DNA of 64,000 nucleotides, taken from NCBI GenBank assembly GCA_963835165.1, contig CAWIGD010000018.1, positions 197,774 through 261,773 of the forward strand, in the 5' to 3' direction. Source of the stretch: an uncultured Alphaproteobacteria bacterium (GTDB lineage: Bacteria; Pseudomonadota; Alphaproteobacteria; Rhizobiales; Xanthobacteraceae). Numbering within the stretch: the first letter of the stretch is position 1; every line of letters begins with the position of its first letter. A model generated the notes under the pieces. It made no database searches and was not told the DNA's origin. It saw nothing but the letters and a program-made list of their open reading frames with translations. Positions 49,009 through 57,624 of this stretch are shown one piece after another. The position numbers and the translations under genes are program-made.

Positions 49009-49803
49009 ATGACGTCCTACCTCAAGCTCGATCACATCGATAAGACCTTCATCCGCGGATCGGCCGAGACCGAGGTGCTCAAGGACATCACGCTCGGCAT
49101 CGACAAGGGCGAATTCGTCTCGATGATCGGCCATTCCGGCTGCGGCAAGACCACGCTGCTCAACATCGTGGCCGGGCTTGCGCGCGCGACCACCGGCGGC
49201 GTCCTCTTGGAGGAGCGCGAGGTCAACGAGCCCGGTCCCGACCGCGCCGTCGTGTTCCAGAACCACTCGCTGCTGCCGTGGCTCACCGTCTATGACAACG
49301 TCCGGCTGGCGGTGGACAAGGTGTTCTCCGGAAAGAAGTCGCGCCCGGAACGCCACGCCTGGACCCTGCACAATCTGGAGCTGGTGCAGATGGCGCATGC
49401 CAAGGACAAGCGGCCGGCCGAGATTTCCGGCGGCATGAAGCAGCGCGTGGGTCTCGCCCGCGCGCTCGCCATGGAGCCGAAGGTGCTGCTGCTCGACGAG
49501 CCGTTCGGCGCGCTCGACGCGCTCACGCGCGCGCATCTCCAGGACTCGGTCATGGCGATCCACCAGAAGCTGCGCAACACCGTGCTGATGATCACCCATG
49601 ACGTCGACGAGGCCGTCCTGCTGTCGGACCGCATCGTGATGATGACCAATGGTCCCGCCGCGCGCATCGGCGAGGTGCTGGACGTGCCGCTGGCGCGGCC
49701 GCGGCGTCGGCTCGAAGTGGCGTCCAATCCGACCTACCTCAAATGCCGGCAGCGCGTGCTCGAGTTCCTCTACGAACGGCACCGCTTCATCGAGGCGGCG
49801 TAA
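49009..49803 (+). CDS. nrtC: Nitrate ABC transporter ATP-binding protein (NrtC/NrtD type)
   Basis: Walker [10 protein letters not shown], signature ISGGMKQR, Walker B LLLDEPFGALD. Confidence 0.9.
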   Translation: MTSYLKLDHIDKTFIRGSAETEVLKDITLGIDKGEFVSMIGHSGCGKTTLLNIVAGLARATTGGVLLEEREVNEPGPDRAVVFQNHSLLPWLTVYDNVRLAVDKVFSGKKSRPERHAWTLHNLELVQMAHAKDKRPAEISGGMKQRVGLARALAMEPKVLLLDEPFGALDALTRAHLQDSVMAIHQKLRNTVLMITHDVDEAVLLSDRIVMMTNGPAARIGEVLDVPLARPRRRLEVASNPTYLKCRQRVLEFLYERHRFIEAA

Positions 49804-49825
49804 CCAAGGCAGCAAGGTCCGCGCA

Positions 49826-50251
49826 ATGACCCCGGAACAGGTGACGCTCGTTCAACAGACATTCGGGCAGGTCGCGCCGATCGCCGACAAGGCGGCGGAG
49901 ATCTTCTACGATCGGCTGTTCGAGGTCGCCCCTGCGGTCAAGCCGCTGTTCCAGGGCGACATGGCCGAGCAGCGCCGCAAGCTCATGGCCACGCTCGCGG
50001 CGGTGGTGCGCGGTCTGTCCGATCTGCCCAGCATTCTCCCGGCGGCGAGTGCGCTCGCCAAGCGCCACGTCGACTACGGCGCACGGCCGGAACATTATCC
50101 CGTGGTCGGCGCGGCCCTGCTGTGGACGCTGGAGCGCGGACTTGGGCCGCAGTGGACGCCGGAGGCGGCCGCCGCCTGGACCGCTGCCTATTCGACCCTG
50201 TCGGGCTTCATGATCGAACAGGCCTACGGCTCCGCCCAGGCGGCCGAATAG
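49826..50251 (+). CDS. Single-domain globin of the sensor-globin (globin-coupled-sensor-like) lineage
   Basis: Sequence LVQQTFGQVAPIADKAAEIFYDRLFEVAPAVKPLF...LAKRHVDYG (proximal His). 141 aa, 22 nt downstream of nrtC. Confidence 0.75.
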   Translation: MTPEQVTLVQQTFGQVAPIADKAAEIFYDRLFEVAPAVKPLFQGDMAEQRRKLMATLAAVVRGLSDLPSILPAASALAKRHVDYGARPEHYPVVGAALLWTLERGLGPQWTPEAAAAWTAAYSTLSGFMIEQAYGSAQAAE

Positions 50252-50317
50252 CGTATTTGCCGCTCGCGCTGATTCCGCTTCAACAGAACGCGCTTGAGCG
50301 CTCACTCTTCTGACCGC

Positions 50318-50806
50318 TCACTCTTCCTTGAAGCCATATTCCGGCACGTTGCCGGAATTGCCGTAATACTTGAACGGCAGGAACTTGCCCGACATGGTGA
50401 TCTTGACGCGGTCGCCTTTGGGATTGGGCAGGCGCTCGATCTGCATGTCGAAGTCGATCGCCGACATGATGCCGTCGCCGAATTCCTCCTCGATCAGCGC
50501 CTTCCAGGCCGGCCCGTTCACCATCACAAGCTCGTAGAAACGGTAGATCAGCGGGTCGGTCGGCGGCATCGGCACGCCGGCGCCGCGCATCGGCACCTCG
50601 TTGAGCATCGCCGCTTCGGACTTCGACAGGCCGAACAGCTCGGCGGCGTTCGCCGCCTGCGGCTTGGTCAGTTTCATCTGACCGAGCAGCGCACCCACCA
50701 GCAGCACCGGCGAAGTACCGCCGATCTTTTCGTGAATGTATTTCCAGCTCCATCCCTTCTCGCGCTTGATATCGAGGAGCTTTTCCGTGAGATCGGCACG
50801 GGTCAT
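50318..50806 (-). CDS. cynS: Cyanase (cyanate hydratase)
   Basis: Full-length match to CynS by eye: DLTEKLLDIKREKG, and the C-terminal FDMQIERLPNPKGDRVKITMSGKFLPFK. Confidence 0.9.
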   Translation of the reverse strand: MTRADLTEKLLDIKREKGWSWKYIHEKIGGTSPVLLVGALLGQMKLTKPQAANAAELFGLSKSEAAMLNEVPMRGAGVPMPPTDPLIYRFYELVMVNGPAWKALIEEEFGDGIMSAIDFDMQIERLPNPKGDRVKITMSGKFLPFKYYGNSGNVPEYGFKEE

Positions 50807-50846
50807 GGGTGTCTCCTTGTCCTCTCTGGTTATTGTCGGGAAACGA

Positions 50847-51767
50847 TCATGCCCGGCCTTGGATCAGGCCTGGCCATGACGGCGTTGGCGGCGTCTCCGT
50901 GGCGACCACTGGTTCCGGTGCACCCGGCCGCACCACCGGCACCGCCCTGCGATCGTAAGTCATGTCCTTCATCTCCTCGGCGAAATTCCTGCTCCGGGTC
51001 ACCAGGAAATCGATGATGTGGTTGCGCACGCCGTAATACAGCGGATGGCGGTGGACGTCGTTGCGCTGGCGGCGCTTGGGCAGAGGGTTCTCGACGATCT
51101 CGGCGATCACGGCGTTGGGCCCATTGGTCATCAGCAGCACGCGATCGGCGAGATAGATCGCCTCGTCGACGTCGTGGGTGATCATGAAAACGGTCTGGCC
51201 GGTTTCGGTGCAGATGCGCCGCACCTCGTCCTGCAGCGTGCCGCGGGTGAGCGCGTCAAGCGCGGAGAACGGCTCGTCCATCAGCATGATCTTCGGCTCG
51301 ATCGAGAGCGCCCGCGCGATGCCGACCCGCTGCTTCATGCCGCCGGACAGCTCCGCCGGCCGCTTGTGCTCGGCCCCGGTCAGGCCGACGAGGTCGATGA
51401 ACTTCTGCGCCTGGCGGTGAAGGTTTTCCTTGCTCATGAAGCGCCATTTCGACGAGACCGCATAAGCGACGTTGCCCATCACGGTGAGCCAGGGCAGCAG
51501 CGCGTGGCTCTGGAAGATCACCGCGCGATCGAGGCTCGGTCCTTCGATCGCCTCGTTGTCGACGATCACCGCGCCTTGGGACGGCACGTCGAGGCCGGCG
51601 AGGATGTTGAGCACCGTGGTCTTGCCGCATCCGGAATGACCGATGACGCAGACGAACTCGCCGCGCGCCATCGACAGCCACAGGTCCTCGAATACGGTGG
51701 TGCTGCCGCCGCCCGGCGCCGCAAAGCGTTTGGTGATGCCTTCGATCGAGATGAACTTGTCGGTCAT
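50847..51767 (-). CDS. Nitrate/cyanate-type ABC transporter ATP-binding protein
   Basis: Walker [10 protein letters not shown], signature LSGGMKQR, Walker [11 protein letters not shown]. Confidence 0.9.
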   Translation of the reverse strand: MTDKFISIEGITKRFAAPGGGSTTVFEDLWLSMARGEFVCVIGHSGCGKTTVLNILAGLDVPSQGAVIVDNEAIEGPSLDRAVIFQSHALLPWLTVMGNVAYAVSSKWRFMSKENLHRQAQKFIDLVGLTGAEHKRPAELSGGMKQRVGIARALSIEPKIMLMDEPFSALDALTRGTLQDEVRRICTETGQTVFMITHDVDEAIYLADRVLLMTNGPNAVIAEIVENPLPKRRQRNDVHRHPLYYGVRNHIIDFLVTRSRNFAEEMKDMTYDRRAVPVVRPGAPEPVVATETPPTPSWPGLIQGRA

Positions 51768-51826
51768 GGGGTCGCCATGCCCGGACTTGGCCCTATGGGC
51801 GCTGGTTCGAGAGCTTTTTCCCAGGC

Positions 51827-51919
51827 GTCATGCGCGGGCTTGACCCGCGCATTCATCCTCTTGGCAAGCGAATCTTGGCAAAGCAGATGGATCGCCGGGT
51901 CAAGCCCGGCGATGACACT
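51827..51919. repeat. Pair of REP-like hairpins in opposite orientation
   Basis: TCATGCGCGGGCTTGACCCGCGCATTCATC and GATGGATCGCCGGGTCAAGCCCGGCGATGA. They lie in the permease-ATPase junction. Confidence 0.75.
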
Positions 51920-51953
51920 TTCTGCTGGGGAGATGCTGCAGGTCACCACGAGG

Positions 51954-52787
51954 TCACTCCGGAAACGTCACGAGCCGGGTGGCGCGCGCGAGAATCTGGT
52001 CGAGCACCATGCCGACCACGCCGATCACCAGGATCGCGGTGATCACGTTGGTGAGCGAGAGGTTGTTCCACTCGTTCCACACGAAATAGCCGATGCCGGT
52101 GCCGCCGACCAGCATCTCGGCGGCCACGATCACGAGCCACGCGATGCCGATGGAAATCCGCATGCCGGTGAGAATGGTCGGCGCCGCCGCCGGCAGGATG
52201 ATGGTGAAGGCGCGCCGGAACGTGCCGACCTCGAGCGTGCGCGCGACGTTGATCCATTCCTTGCGCACCGCCGCGACCCCGAACGCGGTATTGATCAGCA
52301 TCGGCCAGACCGAGCAGATGAAGATCACGAAGATCGACGACAGGCTCGAATCCTTGATGGTGTAGAGCGCGAGCGGCATCCAGGCCAGCGGCGAGATCGG
52401 CTTGAGCACCTGGATGAACGGGTCGAGCGCGCGGCTGATCAGCGGCGACATGCCGATGAGGAAGCCGAGCGGGATCGCCACCACCACCGCGAGGAGGAAG
52501 CCCGTCATCACCCGCGCGATCGAATAGGCGAGCTGGATGCCGAGCCCCTTGTCATTCGAGCCGCGGTCGTAGAACGGGTCCTTCAGGTGCTCCCAGATTT
52601 TCGCACCGACGTCGATCGGACCGGGCAGCGCCGACTTGCCCTGGCTCGCGGTCGCGCCCACGAGCTTGGCGTATTCCGGGTCCATGCTGACGGCGGGGCC
52701 GCTCCCGAGCGTGGCGAGGTGCCACGCGCCGACGAACAGGCCGAACAGCAACAGTGACACCAGCGCCGCGCGCCACCTCATTCCCAT
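51954..52787 (-). CDS. Nitrate/cyanate-type ABC transporter permease
   Basis: Paralogous to NrtB (DSSLSSIFVIFICSVWPMLINTAFG). The start was placed at 52787, inside a longer artefactual ORF. Confidence 0.9.
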   Translation of the reverse strand: MGMRWRAALVSLLLFGLFVGAWHLATLGSGPAVSMDPEYAKLVGATASQGKSALPGPIDVGAKIWEHLKDPFYDRGSNDKGLGIQLAYSIARVMTGFLLAVVVAIPLGFLIGMSPLISRALDPFIQVLKPISPLAWMPLALYTIKDSSLSSIFVIFICSVWPMLINTAFGVAAVRKEWINVARTLEVGTFRRAFTIILPAAAPTILTGMRISIGIAWLVIVAAEMLVGGTGIGYFVWNEWNNLSLTNVITAILVIGVVGMVLDQILARATRLVTFPE

Positions 52788-52820
52788 GTTTCCGATTCCG
52801 GCGACACGGTTCCTCCCTCG

Positions 52821-52899
52821 GTCATCGCCGGGCTTGACCCGGCGATCCATCCTGTGTCGCAACACGATGGATGCGCGGGTCACGCCCGCGCATGACGAC
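52821..52899. repeat. Pair of REP-like hairpins in opposite orientation
   Basis: GTCATCGCCGGGCTTGACCCGGCGATCCATC and GATGGATGCGCGGGTCACGCCCGCGCATGA. They lie in the SBP-permease junction. Confidence 0.75.
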
Positions 52900-52957
52900 G
52901 CGGACTCGATCTCTGGCGTCAGCGCCGATGGGATCGAGCCCTGGCATGACGGCGTGG

Positions 52958-54340
52958 TCAGACCCGCTTGATGGCGAAGCTGTTGACGTACTCGTCGGGC
53001 TTGCCCGGATCGAACGCCTTGCCCATGACCTTGAAGCTCTTCGTGCTGGTGGTCGGCGGGGTGAGCCCGACCTCCTTCATCAGCCTGGCGGTGTCGGTGG
53101 CGAGAAAGACCTGTTCGGCCACGGCCTTGTAGTCGACGTCGCCCTTGACCTGGCCCCAGCGCTTCATCTGGGTGAGAATCCAGATCGCGAACGATTGCCA
53201 TGGGAATGGATCGAAATCGATGCGCTCGGGGTCGCGTTTCACGCCGCCGAGCCCGTCGGCATAGGTGCCGGTGAGGATCTGCTCCAGCACGGTCTCGGGC
53301 TGGTTGAGATAGTTGGCCGGCGCGATGGCGGCGGCGATCTGCTTGCGGTTCTCGGCCTTGTGCGCGAAGGCGGTGGCGTCGATGATCGATTTCAGCAGCG
53401 CCGCGTAGGTATTCGGCATCGTCGTGACGAACTCCTTGGACGCGGCGAACGCGCAACACGGGTGGCCCTCCCACAACTCCTTTGACAGCAGGTGGATGAA
53501 GCCGACGCCGTCATAGACCGCGCGCTGGTTGAACGGATCGGGACCGAGAAAGCCGTCGATGTTGTCGGCGCGCAGGTTGGCCACCATCTCCGGCGGCGGC
53601 ACCGAGCGGATCTGGATGTCGGCATCGGGATCGATGCCGTGCTCGGCGACGTAGTAGCGCAGCAGGTAGTTGTGCATGGAATAGTCGAACGGCACCGCGA
53701 ACTTGAAGCCCTTCCACGACTTCGGATCGCGCTTGTCCTTGTGCTTCATCGCCAGCGTGATGGCCTGGCCGTTGATGTTCTCGACCGCCGGCATGGTGTA
53801 GGGAATCGGCGTGGATCCGGCGCCGAGCGTGATCGCGAGCGGCATCGGCGAGAGCATGTGGGCGGCGTCGTATTCCTTGTTGAGCGTCTTGTCGCGGATG
53901 ACCGCCCAGCCGGCGGTCTTGATCACCTCCACGTTCAATCCGTGCTTGCTGTAGAAGCCCAGGGGATGCGCCATGATGATCGGCGTGGCGCAGGTGATCG
54001 GGATGAATCCGACCTTGAGGTCCTTCTTCTCGATCGCGCCGCCCTGCGCGAACACGTCGGTCGCCGTCTTCAGGGGAAAGAACTGCGAGAGCGCGGCCAG
54101 CGCGGTCGACGCACCGACCGTTTTGAGAAACGCGCGGCGCGCGGCATCGCGCGGAAACACGGCGCGCATCACCGCCGAGGCGACCACGCCCTGGTAGCGC
54201 TGCTCCTCGCTCTCGACCGCGGCGCACTGCAGCTGCCGCTGCGCGTCGTCGTGCTCGGCCTGGCTGCGATGCGCCCCGCAGGCACACCCCGTTCGATCGA
54301 GCCGGCGGTCGGGATCGAAGGGGTTGTCGAAGCTTGACAT
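52958..54340 (-). CDS. NrtA/CmpA-family ABC substrate-binding protein (cyanate/nitrate type) with an N-terminal extension before the Tat signal
   Basis: Tat motif AARRAFLKTVGAS and NrtA body LKVGFIPITCATPIIMAH. The 57-aa extension has coding-like GC3. An alternative start lies at 54169. Confidence 0.8.
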   Translation of the reverse strand: MSSFDNPFDPDRRLDRTGCACGAHRSQAEHDDAQRQLQCAAVESEEQRYQGVVASAVMRAVFPRDAARRAFLKTVGASTALAALSQFFPLKTATDVFAQGGAIEKKDLKVGFIPITCATPIIMAHPLGFYSKHGLNVEVIKTAGWAVIRDKTLNKEYDAAHMLSPMPLAITLGAGSTPIPYTMPAVENINGQAITLAMKHKDKRDPKSWKGFKFAVPFDYSMHNYLLRYYVAEHGIDPDADIQIRSVPPPEMVANLRADNIDGFLGPDPFNQRAVYDGVGFIHLLSKELWEGHPCCAFAASKEFVTTMPNTYAALLKSIIDATAFAHKAENRKQIAAAIAPANYLNQPETVLEQILTGTYADGLGGVKRDPERIDFDPFPWQSFAIWILTQMKRWGQVKGDVDYKAVAEQVFLATDTARLMKEVGLTPPTTSTKSFKVMGKAFDPGKPDEYVNSFAIKRV

Positions 54341-54397
54341 GGTGGCGCGCTCCATCGTTGTGCCGGCGACCCGCACCGGCATCCCGCCAGCGAATTA

Positions 54398-54412
54398 GCA
54401 ATGGACGTGCCA
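54398..54412 (-). promoter_or_regulatory. Sigma-54 promoter TGGCACgtccaTTGC (minus strand) for the cyn-type operon
   Basis: Perfect -24/-12 consensus, about 58 nt upstream of the ATG at 54340. Confidence 0.75.
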
Positions 54413-54764
54413 AGGGTTGCTGGGGGTTTTCGACTGAGCAACGCCTGCGGGACCTGCGGCTCCAGCGTGCCCTCGCCCGCGCGCGGGGGATGGAATTCCA
54501 ACCGCGCGCCCGTTTGTTGGGCAATCGCTTAAGTTTCGGGCAGCGGTACGCCAAGCGCATAGGCTGATGTCGGGCGCTCTCGTTCAGGAAAGGCGCTCCC
54601 TCCGCTCGCCCGGCGATGACCTTCCGTGCTTACCGATTAGGCGCGCGCTGGCGAATTGTATGCAATGGATTGCGGGCGCCGCGGCCGCCAAGCGCGCGCG
54701 GTCCCACGTCGATTTCACATCAATGTCAGTCGGTTATCAGAGATTACGCGCGCCTTTTCATTCC

Positions 54765-54779
54765 TGGCATGACCTTTGC
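54765..54779 (+). promoter_or_regulatory. Sigma-54 promoter TGGCATgacctTTGC for the peptide-type ABC / AtzGEH-like operon
   Basis: One mismatch to TGGCAC-N5-TTGC, 38 nt upstream of the ATG at 54817. Confidence 0.65.
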
Positions 54780-54816
54780 GGAACCTTGGTCGGGCACGTT
54801 CCGATTGGAGGTTGGC

Positions 54817-56439
54817 ATGAAGCGTCGCGAGTTTCTGAAATCGATGACCGCCCTTGCGGCGGGCGGCGTCCTGCCGGCAGCACCGGCCGTTTGGTCTCCC
54901 GCCAAGGCGCAGGCGCGCCAGGAGACCTTGCTCATCGTGTCAGAGAGCGGGCCCAACAATATCGACATCCACGGCGTCGGCACCAACGTGCCGGGCTACG
55001 AGGTGTCCTGGAATTGCTACGACCGGCTCATCAGCCACGAGATGAAGACGCTCGAGAACGGAACGCAATATTACGATCGCGACAAGTTCAAGATGGAGCT
55101 CGCCGACGACATGAACGTCGGCGACATGTCGGTCACCTTCAAGCTGAAGAAGAACGCGGTCTTTCACGACGGCACGCCGGTCACCGCCAAGGACGTCAAG
55201 TGGTCGCTCGACCGCGCCGTCACCGTCGGCGGCTTCCCCACCTTCCAGATGGGCGCCGGCTCGCTGTCGAAGCCCGAGCAGTTCGTGGTCGTGGACGACA
55301 ACACGGTCCGCGTCGATTTCCTGCGCAAGGACCGCCTCACGGTGCCCGATCTCGCGGTGATCGTGCCCGCGGTCTACAATTCGGAGCTGGTCAAGAAGAA
55401 CGCCACCGAAAAAGATCCCTGGGGTCTCGAATACACCAAGCAGAATACCGCCGGCAGCGGCGCCTATCGGGTCGTGAGCTGGAACGCCGGCACCGAGGTC
55501 ATTCTCGAACGCAACGACAAGTGGACGGGCGGGCCGTTGCCGAAGGTGCGGCGCATCGTGTGGCGCATGGTGCCGTCCGCCGGCAACCGGCGCGCGCTGC
55601 TCGAGCGCGGCGATGCCGACATTTCCTACGACCTGCCCAACAAGGATTTCGTCGAGCTCAAGAACATCGGCAAGCTCAGCATCGTGTCGACGCCGTACTC
55701 CAACGGCATCCAATACATCGGCATGAACGTGAAGACCCCGCCCTTCGACAATCTGAAGGTGCGCCAGGCCGTCGCCTACGCCATTCCGTACCAGAAGATC
55801 ATGGACGCGGTGCTGTTCGGTCTCGCCAAGCCGATGTACGGCGCGGGAGCCGATGCGCCGACCGAGGTCGCGTGGCCGCAGCCGCACAAGTTCAACACCG
55901 ACATCGCCAAGGCCAAGGCGCTGATGGCCGAGGCCGGCTATCCCAACGGCTTCGAGACCACGCTCTCCTTCGATCTCGGCTTCGCCGGCGTCAACGAGCC
56001 GCTCTGCGTGCTGACGCAGGAGAGCCTGGCGCAGATCGGCATCAAGTGCACGATCAACAAGATCCCGGGCGCGACCTGGCGCACCGAGCTCAACAAGAAG
56101 GTGCTGCCGCTCTACACCAACGTGTTCTCGGGCTGGCTCGATTATCCCGAGTACTTCTTCATCTGGTGCTATCACGGCAAGAATTCGATCTTCAACACCA
56201 TGAGCTACCAGTCGAAGGACATGGACGCGCTGATCGACGGCGCGGTGACCGCGGCGGCCGAGGGCAACAAGGCCGCGTACGACAAGGATGTTAAAGGCTT
56301 CGTCGATCTCGCCTTCGCCGACATCCCGCGCATCCCGCTCTACCAGCCTTTCGTCAACGTCGCGATGCAGAAGAACGTCTCGGGCTATCAGTACTGGTTC
56401 CACCGTCGCCTCGATTACCGCGCGCTGGCGAAGGGGTAA
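54817..56439 (+). CDS. ABC transporter substrate-binding protein, family 5 (peptide/nickel/opine type)
   Basis: Tat-like signal MKRREFLKSMTALAAGG, 540 aa, typical SBP_bac_5 length. The start was placed at 54817. Confidence 0.85.
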   Translation: MKRREFLKSMTALAAGGVLPAAPAVWSPAKAQARQETLLIVSESGPNNIDIHGVGTNVPGYEVSWNCYDRLISHEMKTLENGTQYYDRDKFKMELADDMNVGDMSVTFKLKKNAVFHDGTPVTAKDVKWSLDRAVTVGGFPTFQMGAGSLSKPEQFVVVDDNTVRVDFLRKDRLTVPDLAVIVPAVYNSELVKKNATEKDPWGLEYTKQNTAGSGAYRVVSWNAGTEVILERNDKWTGGPLPKVRRIVWRMVPSAGNRRALLERGDADISYDLPNKDFVELKNIGKLSIVSTPYSNGIQYIGMNVKTPPFDNLKVRQAVAYAIPYQKIMDAVLFGLAKPMYGAGADAPTEVAWPQPHKFNTDIAKAKALMAEAGYPNGFETTLSFDLGFAGVNEPLCVLTQESLAQIGIKCTINKIPGATWRTELNKKVLPLYTNVFSGWLDYPEYFFIWCYHGKNSIFNTMSYQSKDMDALIDGAVTAAAEGNKAAYDKDVKGFVDLAFADIPRIPLYQPFVNVAMQKNVSGYQYWFHRRLDYRALAKG

Positions 56440-56473
56440 GTCGCTGATGGTGACGTTCGCGTCCCTACATGTT

Positions 56474-56601
56474 TGCAAGTCGGGTACACCCGACTTGCAT
56501 CGACCCAGCGCAAGACTCGCGAAGCGCAACATTGGCGCCTGTGACTCCTGGACCCCGGCTCGCGCGCGCAACTGCGCGCTTGGCCGGGACACGCGAGTGG
56601 G
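56474..56601. repeat. Composite REP-like element
   Basis: Hairpin TGCAAGTCGGG-TACA-CCCGACTTGCA (56474-56499) plus the TTGGCCGGGACACGCGAG core (shared with 37307-37336). Confidence 0.7.
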
Positions 56602-56610
56602 AGAGCAACC

Positions 56611-57624
56611 ATGCTGATGATGATCTTCAAGCGCGTGATGATGGCGGTGCCGAGCCTCATCGGCGTGGTGATCGTCACCTTTCTGCTGACGCGGGCGCTG
56701 CCCGGCGACCCCGCGGCCTATTTCGCCGGCCCCGCAGCCACCACGGAGGCGATCCAGCAGATCCGCGTGAAGCTCGGCTTGGACAAGCCGCTCTACGTCC
56801 AGTTCGTCCGTTACGTCGAGGATCTGGCGCGCGGCGATCTCGGCAACTCGCTTACGACCGGACAGCCGGTCGGGCACGAGATCAAGACGCGTCTTCCGGC
56901 CTCCGCCGAGCTCACTTTGCTCGGGCTGCTCGTGTCGGTGGTGATCGCGGTGCCGCTCGGAATCCTGGCGGCGACGCGCCCCAACTCGCTCATCGATCAC
57001 GCCTGCCGCGTGATCGCGACCGCCGGCGTGTCGTTGCCGGTGTTCTTCACCGGGCTGATCCTGATCTACGTCTTCTATTATCACCTCGGCTGGGCGCCGC
57101 CCCCGCTCGGCCGGCTCGATATCTTCTACAGCCCGCCGCCGCACGTCACCGGCTTCTACCTGATCGACAGCCTCATCGCCGGCGACGGCGAGGTGTTCGT
57201 CGCCGCCCTCAAGCAGTTGATCCTGCCCGCGCTCACGCTCGCCATCTTCTCGCTGGCGCCGATCGCGCGCATGACCCGCGCCTCCATGCTTGCCGTGCTC
57301 TCCTCCGATTTCGTGCGCACCGCGCGCGCGAGCGGGCTCGCGCCGTTCACAGTCGTCATCACCTACGCGTTCCGCAACGCCATGCTGCCCGTCATCACCA
57401 CGCTTGGAATGGTGTTCTCTTTCCTGCTCGGCGCCAACGTGCTGGTGGAGAAGGTGTTCGCCTGGCCCGGCATCGGCTCGTTCGCGGTCGAGGCGCTGAT
57501 CGCATCCGACTTCGCGCCATTGCAAGGCTTCGTGCTCACCATGGCGGTGATGTACGTGGCGCTCAACCTGCTGATCGATATCCTGTACGGAGTCATCGAT
57601 CCGCGCATGAGGGTCGAGGCATGA
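56611..57624 (+). CDS. ABC transporter permease (DppB/OppB-like)
   Basis: N-terminus FKRVMMAVPSLIGVVIVTFLLTRALPGDP, 337 aa. Confidence 0.9.
   Translation: MLMMIFKRVMMAVPSLIGVVIVTFLLTRALPGDPAAYFAGPAATTEAIQQIRVKLGLDKPLYVQFVRYVEDLARGDLGNSLTTGQPVGHEIKTRLPASAELTLLGLLVSVVIAVPLGILAATRPNSLIDHACRVIATAGVSLPVFFTGLILIYVFYYHLGWAPPPLGRLDIFYSPPPHVTGFYLIDSLIAGDGEVFVAALKQLILPALTLAIFSLAPIARMTRASMLAVLSSDFVRTARASGLAPFTVVITYAFRNAMLPVITTLGMVFSFLLGANVLVEKVFAWPGIGSFAVEALIASDFAPLQGFVLTMAVMYVALNLLIDILYGVIDPRMRVEA

Noticed and set aside
50297-50324. 12-nt direct repeat CGCTCACTCTTC x2 at the cynS stop codon.
   Set aside because: Only two copies, one of them partly inside the coding sequence. This is most simply a small slippage duplication in the convergent globin/cynS spacer, with no supporting structure.
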